This document shows positions 15,305-20,000 of a stretch of DNA of 20,000 bases, in pieces (the stretch's first letter is position 1; the number at the start of each line of letters is the position of its first letter). This DNA comes from an uncultured virus (IMG/VR IMGVR_UViG_3300042861_002315) (taxonomy: Duplodnaviria; Heunggongvirae; Uroviricota; Caudoviricetes): the IMG/VR virus record IMGVR_UViG_3300042861_002315. The stretch is one strand, 5' to 3'. Position numbers and translations under genes: made by a program. The notes beneath the pieces were generated by a model. The model was not told the origin of the DNA. It did no database searches and saw nothing but the letters and a program-made list of their open reading frames with translations.

Positions 15305-15431
15305 AGATAATGCGCCTCTAGAGTTATTAACATTTGACCACAAAAAGATTATCATTGAATACAGTTCAGAAACAAAGCAGCTAGTTGTTAAAGCTGGTGC
15401 TAATACATTGAAATCGAGGTTGATTAATTGA
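15294..15431 (+). CDS. 45-aa ORF or 3' remnant of an interrupted gene
   Basis: MFLKDNAPLELLTFDHKKIIIEYSSETKQLVVKAGANTLKSRLIN; stop abuts the next ATG. Confidence 0.45.
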   Translation: MFLKDNAPLELLTFDHKKIIIEYSSETKQLVVKAGANTLKSRLIN

Positions 15432-15432
15432 T

Positions 15433-15855
15433 ATGACCAAAGCACATCTATTAAAAGTACTAGTAATTGACCACGACCATTTAGGGGTAGACGAAGTTGA
15501 GCGCGTCCTTGAAGATGCAAACTACCCTAACGATTGTATTGCTCCTACAGTAATTAAGTCTCAGAGCGTGAGCATAGGTGATTGGAATGACGATAACCCG
15601 ATGAACCACAGTGATACTCAAGCTGCGGAAATTGACCGATTGTTTAAAGAAACTCTTAGACCGATGGAAGATGCTCCAATAGATACTTGTCAATATATTT
15701 TACTGTTTGCCGAGTCTGGTTATATCGGCACTCCTTGGCGAGTTGAGGTTTGTCGTTTTTATCATAACTATGGTTGGCTTAATCATGCTGGCGACCGTTT
15801 TACTGATAGCGGTGGTGAACCTGTTGGTTGGCTACCTCTACCTTCGGCTAGATGA
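15433..15855 (+). CDS. Two-domain phage protein with C-terminal DUF551-like domain
   Basis: RPMEDAP...ILLF...PVGWLPLPS is typical of DUF551/Eaa-like C-termini. Confidence 0.7.
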   Translation: MTKAHLLKVLVIDHDHLGVDEVERVLEDANYPNDCIAPTVIKSQSVSIGDWNDDNPMNHSDTQAAEIDRLFKETLRPMEDAPIDTCQYILLFAESGYIGTPWRVEVCRFYHNYGWLNHAGDRFTDSGGEPVGWLPLPSAR

Positions 15856-15909
15856 TGCTTTAAGTAAAACCACTTATTATCTAAAAATAACTACCCACCG
15901 TACACTTAT

Positions 15910-16125
15910 ATGCTTAGCGGTTTAATTAATTGGTTGTTTCGGCGCAACAGTGTTTCTCGATATTTACATAGAATAGAAAAACTGATTGCAGAAAAAAAGT
16001 ATTGCGAAGCAGATGCGTGTGCATTTCTTGCGCTTCAAAATTTTCCTAATCACCCCGAACTTCTTGCTCTCAAAATCGAGGCGGAAAAAGGATTCTCTTC
16101 ATACCTCTACTCACAGGAGTTTTAG
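15910..16125 (+). CDS. Small helical protein (TPR-like hairpin)
   Basis: KLIAEKKYCEA...ALQNFPNHPELLAL pattern. Confidence 0.6.
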   Translation: MLSGLINWLFRRNSVSRYLHRIEKLIAEKKYCEADACAFLALQNFPNHPELLALKIEAEKGFSSYLYSQEF

Positions 16126-16130
16126 TTAGC

Positions 16131-16730
16131 ATGACACATTTTGAAATCTGGTACGCACTTCAGGATGAAAAAGAAAAGTATGTTTCTTTCTCTAAAAATC
16201 CATCTACCTTTTTATGCTATGAACCTTATTACACTTTAGTTGAACTAGCAGTATTTATTAATGACTCTGAAGGCAATTTTGTAGGTGTATCAAATGATTA
16301 CATTGCACTAATTGAGAATGGCGCAATTTCTGCGATTATGGACTTTGCTCTTGCAAACCATTTGTATGAAGACCAATCAAGTCTTCGTAAGGTGCTACTT
16401 ACTCCAATAATCCGTTGTGAAAAATGTCGCATCATGTACATCGATGGCGTATTCTATTGGGACTATGTTTCAGAGGGGAAGGGCAGACAGGCAGCTACAC
16501 CTGAACAAGTTTTAGCAAGAGTATGCATTCCAACTACAAGCAAGGGTGACAGAACCCATTTAACTTGCTTCGCAAAACTATTATACGAATCTGAGTTAGG
16601 ATTACTAAAAAAGTCTCCCTCAGAGTTACAGGATTTTGTTCGAGCTAACAACAATCAGGTCGAAATGGATTTGCCTGATGAAGAGTACTATTTAGATATG
16701 GCTAGGGAGATTCTCGATGAGCAAAACTAA
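16131..16730 (+). CDS. Hypothetical protein, 199 aa, with CxxC
   Basis: AGGAG RBS; CEKC plus two later Cys. Confidence 0.8.
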   Translation: MTHFEIWYALQDEKEKYVSFSKNPSTFLCYEPYYTLVELAVFINDSEGNFVGVSNDYIALIENGAISAIMDFALANHLYEDQSSLRKVLLTPIIRCEKCRIMYIDGVFYWDYVSEGKGRQAATPEQVLARVCIPTTSKGDRTHLTCFAKLLYESELGLLKKSPSELQDFVRANNNQVEMDLPDEEYYLDMAREILDEQN

Positions 16731-16911
16731 CTTCAAATTCAAAGTCGGTCAGCTTGTCCGATTTGGTGCTACAAACCAAGACTGGGAAGTTTTTTCCCGC
16801 CATTTCCCTGAACACGCAGAAGAGCCTCAATATTATTTGCAGAGTCAGACTACGCCTAGTTATCAGCAATGGGTTTTAGAAAGCGATTTACGTGAGGTTA
16901 GCGATGTTTAA
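16717..16911 (+). CDS. Small SH3-like beta-barrel protein
   Basis: FKFKVGQLV...YYL...WVLESDL pattern; GGAG RBS. Confidence 0.7.
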   Translation: MSKTNFKFKVGQLVRFGATNQDWEVFSRHFPEHAEEPQYYLQSQTTPSYQQWVLESDLREVSDV

Positions 16912-17206
16912 AATTGATGAACGTGTGTATTTTCTGAAAGACAACCGCATACAAAGCGGTCTTGTTCTAGGTTGGCAGCAGAGTGTAGTAAAAACAAAAG
17001 ATACCCAAATCACCTACTTAATCGGTGAAGAAATTGGTGGGAATATTCCCGCTAGTGGGTATTTTCGCCATTCAGATAATCTAGACTATATTTTTATGCC
17101 TTCACACTTGGTTTTCGCGCATATTCATGATTTAACTCGGTTTTATACAGATAACTACAACCAAAGCAAAGGTATACAAAAACTAATCCACATGATTAAT
17201 ACTTGA
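16904..17206 (+). CDS. Small protein with FKIDERVYFL SH3-like start
   Basis: ATG 16904 with GAGG RBS. Confidence 0.7.
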   Translation: MFKIDERVYFLKDNRIQSGLVLGWQQSVVKTKDTQITYLIGEEIGGNIPASGYFRHSDNLDYIFMPSHLVFAHIHDLTRFYTDNYNQSKGIQKLIHMINT

Positions 17207-17690
17207 TTTGGTCTTTTTTACTAATTGGTTTAGCTTTACCATTTTCGCGCTTGTCGTTGGCAAACCCGTCCCTCGAAGCTGATGATTTACTCTCATCCAT
17301 CACTGGCTTACCCTTATTCTCTTTTCTGACCTTATTCACGAAGTCTTGAGTCTTGTCAGTGCCTGCGCCAGCTACGGCTCTAGGCTTGCGAGGCTCAACA
17401 TACTTCAATGTAGTGTCCTTAGCAGTTTTCTCTCTTTCTGCTGCTTTGTTAGCCTCATTTTTGTCCTTTAGAGCTTTGTTGGCACGACCTTTGGCTTCAG
17501 ATGCACCTTTACCTAAATCAGTGTAGCTAGCATTTTTCTTAGGGTCTTTCCACGCTGCTTTGCTTGCGATATCTTTCACAGCTCCTACAGTTGTTTTGAT
17601 ATCTGCCTTAGCGCGAGTTAGTAGGCGGTCAAGATTGCCAATAGCGAAGTCTGCTTCGAGTGGCGAGTTCATATGTTTGAAGTCTGTCAT
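17196..17690 (-). CDS. Lys/Ala-rich basic low-complexity protein (only credible minus-strand gene)
   Basis: 164-aa ORF filling a gap in plus-strand coding; has its own candidate promoter. Confidence 0.8.
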   Translation of the reverse strand: MTDFKHMNSPLEADFAIGNLDRLLTRAKADIKTTVGAVKDIASKAAWKDPKKNASYTDLGKGASEAKGRANKALKDKNEANKAAEREKTAKDTTLKYVEPRKPRAVAGAGTDKTQDFVNKVRKENKGKPVMDESKSSASRDGFANDKRENGKAKPISKKDQIKY

Positions 17691-17713
17691 TTGATAGATG
17701 TTGTTTTATTATT

Positions 17714-17742
17714 TTTATACTATTGTATCAGGACGTTGGCAA
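17714..17742 (-). promoter_or_regulatory. Candidate promoter for the minus-strand gene
   Basis: Minus strand TTGCCA (17742-17737), 17-bp spacer, TATAAA (17719-17714). Confidence 0.45.
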
Positions 17743-17751
17743 GAGGTATTT

Positions 17752-18126
17752 ATGGAAGAGTTATTTAGAAATCTACAAGACCGCATCTATGAAGAGCCAA
17801 TTAATCGACAAACAACTTTAGAAGCATTTTACGATTTGCGTAATGCTTATGATAAATTACCCACTAATCCCACTTTTAAGTTTGCCGTTGGGCAAGAATT
17901 TTGGTTACTCAAGAACAATAAAGTTCAAAAGGGAAAAGTACGTGTTCGCCAGATTACTGAAAGTAGTGAAAAACTTGATTCAGAAAAAGATTATTTTCGT
18001 AGAAATACTCCAGAAAAGCTATTAATTCTTTATTCTCCTCATCAATTTAATGATGTGGATGGAAATTGGCAACTTGAAGAGTCTCAATTATTTGCAAGTA
18101 AGCAAGAGCTTTTGGAGTCATTGTAA
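17752..18126 (+). CDS. Hypothetical protein with FKFAVGQEFWLL SH3-like module
   Basis: ATG 17752 with GAGG RBS; TAATG overlap downstream. Confidence 0.75.
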   Translation: MEELFRNLQDRIYEEPINRQTTLEAFYDLRNAYDKLPTNPTFKFAVGQEFWLLKNNKVQKGKVRVRQITESSEKLDSEKDYFRRNTPEKLLILYSPHQFNDVDGNWQLEESQLFASKQELLESL

Positions 18127-18539
18127 TGTTAGTTGTAGGTCATCTTAAACAACGTCATCTCGAATCGGATATTCGTTGTGACCGCGCATCTGTGCTGGGC
18201 AATCCCTTCGAGTTAATTAATGAAGAGAGCCGTCCTGCGGTATTAGCTGCACATAAAGCTTATTTAAAACTTGTCATCAAGCACAAAAATTCTGGTTTTG
18301 GACATCTAGTTGTTGAACCTTCTCAAGTTGGGGTTATAGATATTCCGACATCAGAAAAATGGAAGCGACCTACTGTAGATGAGATTATTTCTGCACTTGA
18401 AAACCTTGTGCCTAAATACAAATCTGAAAGAGTCTACAGGCTCATGTGTTGGTGCAGAAGAGATGACGCAGAGAACAATTTACCTGCTTGTCATTGTGAT
18501 TCGGTAATTGCTTGTATTAAAAAGTGGAGTGACAAATGA
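18126..18539 (+). CDS. DUF4326 domain protein
   Basis: RASVLGNPF...LMCWC...PACHCD signature. Confidence 0.8.
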   Translation: MLVVGHLKQRHLESDIRCDRASVLGNPFELINEESRPAVLAAHKAYLKLVIKHKNSGFGHLVVEPSQVGVIDIPTSEKWKRPTVDEIISALENLVPKYKSERVYRLMCWCRRDDAENNLPACHCDSVIACIKKWSDK

Positions 18540-18985
18540 AAAATAATAATTATCGTCGTCTTCGCACTTCCATGTATGCTATGTGTCAACATCAGCGACC
18601 CGAAGGAAAACGTGGCGCTCACAAATTGAAACGATTAGCTTGGCGCGAAGAAATTACTATGTTAGTTGAAGAGAATCGACTCGAAAAAATTAATAGCATT
18701 GAAGACTTAGTACTTGTGCTGGTAAAAGCTGGATACAAGGTAAGCAAAGGTAAGAAGGATTTCCACTATAGGTTCGAGAACGACATTATTTTTGGATTGT
18801 TTGGTGGTGAAGGTGATTACCCGATGTCCCCTTATACAGCAAATAAGATTTGTGCAGCAATTCGTTGCACTTTTAACAAGTGGTCACAAGCTGAACTTCT
18901 CGATTTGGAGTTTTTAGGTAAAGATGCCGAAGAAATTTTGTTAACATTGAAAGACCTCGAACACGGAGATTGGATAAATCCATGA
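18536..18985 (+). CDS. Hypothetical protein, 149 aa
   Basis: GGAG RBS; ATGA overlaps. Confidence 0.75.
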   Translation: MKNNNYRRLRTSMYAMCQHQRPEGKRGAHKLKRLAWREEITMLVEENRLEKINSIEDLVLVLVKAGYKVSKGKKDFHYRFENDIIFGLFGGEGDYPMSPYTANKICAAIRCTFNKWSQAELLDLEFLGKDAEEILLTLKDLEHGDWINP

Positions 18986-19269
18986 TTAATTTACGAGAAG
19001 TATTTGAAAAGTATTCTTCCGAGTCACATACATTTCCACAAATCCAAAACCCTTTTCATCCAAAAAGACCTGATATTGCAGCTTTTTTGCTTTTGGATAA
19101 GTTAGTACCTAACGATGGCTATAACATTATTGGAGGTGCTGGTCATGATGTAGTTTGGTTAGACACTAATATAGAATTACTTGCAGAAGTTGCTACAGAA
19201 GAAGATATTTTGTATTTAATTCGTTGTGGTGTACGCTTGGGTGACGACACTTTGGAGATGTTTGCTTAA
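18982..19269 (+). CDS. Hypothetical phage protein (~95 aa)
   Basis: ATG 18982 via ATGA overlap; RPDIAAFLLLDKL...GAGHD...LIRCGV. Confidence 0.75.
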   Translation: MINLREVFEKYSSESHTFPQIQNPFHPKRPDIAAFLLLDKLVPNDGYNIIGGAGHDVVWLDTNIELLAEVATEEDILYLIRCGVRLGDDTLEMFA

Positions 19270-19655
19270 TGGCTAAACCTAAATTTCTAGAGGTAAATGA
19301 AAAAGACCAGTGGTGGGATGGCACTACTTGGAGAAATGAAGGTGAAGTGGGTTCGGAAGAGCTTACACGAACTAATTTACGCAAGGCTTCTATACTGGAA
19401 AACAATTCCCTTTACAATACACATCCCGATGGTGTCATAAAATGCCCTCGGTGCTATAAAATGCACTTTGTACCTGACAACTACGACAATTTGTGCGATG
19501 GATGCTGCACTATTTTACTTTCCCACCCCAAAGCGACAGAAAAAATGATTACGGGTATTAAATATTGGCGCTCAATTGCAGGTAAGCTTGATAACCCTGA
19601 AGTAAAAGCTCGTTACGATGAACGGGATAGACTGGTAGCAGCACAGAATGAGTAG
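19269..19655 (+). CDS. Zinc-finger protein (CPRC...CDGC)
   Basis: KCPRCYK-x11-CDGC resembles the FPG/IleRS-type C4 finger; GGAG RBS. Confidence 0.7.
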   Translation: MAKPKFLEVNEKDQWWDGTTWRNEGEVGSEELTRTNLRKASILENNSLYNTHPDGVIKCPRCYKMHFVPDNYDNLCDGCCTILLSHPKATEKMITGIKYWRSIAGKLDNPEVKARYDERDRLVAAQNE

Positions 19656-20000
19656 TACTGAACGTTCAAAGACCTTCGCAAAAGGCAAATTCGGTGAAAA
19701 AGTCGTAAAAGAGTTCTTCCTTAGCAAAAACTACGAAGTAATTCCAGCCACATTAGACCAACAAATCGACGAAAGCTGGGATTTTCGTGTGATTGGCAAA
19801 AAAGACTTGCTAATTGAGGTAAAAACCGACTATGCAGCCGCTAAAACGGGAAATATTTTCCTTGAAACTGAAGTTGGCGATGGTCTAGGCTTTATTCGCA
19901 AGATAAAACCTGACTCAAAAATTATTTTTGCCTTTGTTTTGCCTCAATCTCAAGAAATTGGGTTTATCGATGCTCAGATGTTGCTGCATATTGAACTAGA
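19648..20000 (+). CDS. PD-(D/E)XK nuclease-family protein (partial, runs off window)
   Basis: MSSTERSKTFAKGKFGEKVV...WDFRV...IEVKTD...TGNIFLE shows the E...D...ExK catalytic pattern. Confidence 0.75.
   Translation, partial: MSSTERSKTFAKGKFGEKVVKEFFLSKNYEVIPATLDQQIDESWDFRVIGKKDLLIEVKTDYAAAKTGNIFLETEVGDGLGFIRKIKPDSKIIFAFVLPQSQEIGFIDAQMLLHIEL

Larger units (their letters stand above)
13959..15309 (+). mobile_element. IsrB-omegaRNA cassette bounded by TAAAGATA direct repeats; no transposase
   Basis: TAAAGATA at 13959-13966 and 15302-15309; the left repeat supplies the stop that truncates the phosphoesterase. Confidence 0.6.

Noticed and set aside
13961..15309. Self-splicing intron (IStron or group I) that restores the phosphoesterase
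   Set aside because: No downstream exon with GNH/GHxH motifs and no recognisable group I core
6347..19405. Other shadow ORFs (6347, 8162, 9521, 9974, 13415, 15233, 15481, 15707, 16463, 17843, 19193)
   Set aside because: They overlap translationally coupled genes and have no independent support

Overview
AT-rich, densely packed and almost entirely plus-strand segment that looks like the early/accessory region of a large dsDNA phage. The host is probably a cyanobacterium, inferred only from the style of the RRXRR/IsrB locus. No structural, core replication, rRNA, tRNA or CRISPR features were seen. Most of the ~45 short ORFs are hypothetical and often translationally coupled (ATGA/TAATG overlaps). 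Families recognisable by motif: DUF932/TIGR03299, a minimal RecA-like P-loop NTPase, a GNAT acetyltransferase, a DenV-like pyrimidine-dimer glycosylase, DUF551, DUF4326 and a partial PD-(D/E)XK nuclease. Two things stand out. (1) A family of intergenic structured elements (four clear copies at ~181, ~1226, ~1864 and ~3507, two divergent candidates) with fixed TTCCTA...YAAGAG...CTCT boxes, covarying stems and a UAYAG-loop hairpin next to the ribosome-binding site. (2) An apparently intact IsrB plus omegaRNA (OMEGA) cassette without TnpA, flanked by an 8-bp direct repeat and sitting where a metallophosphoesterase gene is truncated. GATC appears to be strongly avoided. All family calls were made by eye; no database search was run.
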